A stretch of 64,000 bases of DNA from contig JAGYIT010000012.1 of NCBI GenBank assembly GCA_018402445.1, positions 86,407-150,406 on the forward strand, written 5' to 3'. Origin of the DNA: Akkermansiaceae bacterium. Lineage in GTDB: Bacteria > Verrucomicrobiota > Verrucomicrobiia > Verrucomicrobiales > Akkermansiaceae. Below are positions 63,232 through 64,000 of the stretch, piece by piece (the stretch's first letter is position 1; each line of letters opens with the position of its first letter). A program made the position numbers and the translations under genes. The notes beneath the pieces were generated by a model that worked only from the letters and a program-made list of their open reading frames with translations, was not told the DNA's origin and ran no database searches.

Positions 63232-64000
63232 CTGCCTTTGATGTGCGGATTCGCGAGGTCGGCGGAATCGCCGGTGAACTGTTCGGTTTCCGGGTCGAAG
63301 GTGAGGTGCTTGCCGAGGGCTAGCATGTCTTTCGTGGTATCGACCTTGTTGTCGGCGAGGTGGGTGAGCATGCGCTCGAAGGCGTCGGTGGTATTGGCGT
63401 CCTTGAGGGTGGCGCGGATCGCGTCGGGGGCGGTGGGTGTGCCGAGTTTCCAGGAGATGTTGCCGATGTGGGCGAGGGCGGAGGAAAGGTGGCCGCTTTC
63501 GGCGGTGTGGCCGGCATCGATTTTTCCGGAGTGGCAGGAATCGACGAAGGACTGCATGTGGGATTTTCCGCCCTTGAACTTTCGGATCTCTTTCCCTTCC
63601 TTGTCGTAGGCGGCGCAGTTGGGATTGTGCCCGCCGGAGATGTAGCCGCCCTCGCACTCGATGATGTTGCCGAGGGGGACGCCCTTGTAACCGGCGGTCT
63701 TGAGGCCGCGCACTTCGAAGAGGACGGGCGTGGGGTAATCGAACCAGGCGAGCTGGGTGTTCGCCCACTCGCCGTCGTCCTCGTAGCCGAGGCGGGCACC
63801 GATGGAGACGGTGGCGGCGGGGAGCTTGGGATCGCCGATGAACCAGCGGCAGACATCGAGCTGGTGGGGGGCCTGGTTGCCGAAATCGCCGTTTCCGTAG
63901 GGGAACTGCCAGTGCCAGTCGTAGTGGAATTTCGCGCGGCGGACGGGTTCCATCTCGCTCGGGCCGCACCAGAGATCGTAGTCCACAGTCTTGGGTGGAT
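63201..64000 (-). CDS. Gfo/Idh/MocA oxidoreductase (partial, 5' end outside the window)
   Basis: DYDLWCGP, YDWHW, GNGDFGNQAPHQLD and YRKGFELP. Confidence 0.85.
   Translation of the reverse strand, partial: PPKTVDYDLWCGPSEMEPVRRAKFHYDWHWQFPYGNGDFGNQAPHQLDVCRWFIGDPKLPAATVSIGARLGYEDDGEWANTQLAWFDYPTPVLFEVRGLKTAGYKGVPLGNIIECEGGYISGGHNPNCAAYDKEGKEIRKFKGGKSHMQSFVDSCHSGKIDAGHTAESGHLSSALAHIGNISWKLGTPTAPDAIRATLKDANTTDAFERMLTHLADNKVDTTKDMLALGKHLTFDPETEQFTGDSADLANPHIKGSYRKGFELPD

Overview
High-GC bacterial chromosome segment; gene content and protein style point to Verrucomicrobiota (Luteolibacter/Akkermansiaceae-like), which is an inference. The backbone is housekeeping: sod, dnaE, nadA, dapF, trpA, tilS, a trhO-rluA fusion, an S41 protease, yidC-rnpA-rpmH, pyc, mnmE, cimA, a sulfatase, rhaB, can, a cbiX-like gene, rpsA, rsfS, and DUF58/transglutaminase genes. 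Three accessory zones stand out. (1) At 2.8-5.3 kb, two extra diverged copies of the dnaE 3' end alternate with PIN toxin-antitoxin modules. (2) At 26.4-27.6 kb, a RAYT transposase is flanked by REP doublets. (3) At 37-47.5 kb, an island carries a nucleoside phosphorylase-like gene, a TPR protein, a large secreted alpha/beta-hydrolase protein and a lipoprotein. In this island a Y1 (HUH) transposase bounded by perfect 32-bp inverted repeats appears to have replaced part of the hydrolase gene, and a third copy of the end motif brackets the hydrolase tail plus lipoprotein as a cassette. A second Y1 transposase and a DNA methyltransferase remnant follow. Several REP-like families and heptamer repeats are scattered through the window. 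Four frameshifts at 30-36 kb are probably sequencing errors. No rRNA, tRNA or CRISPR array was seen.
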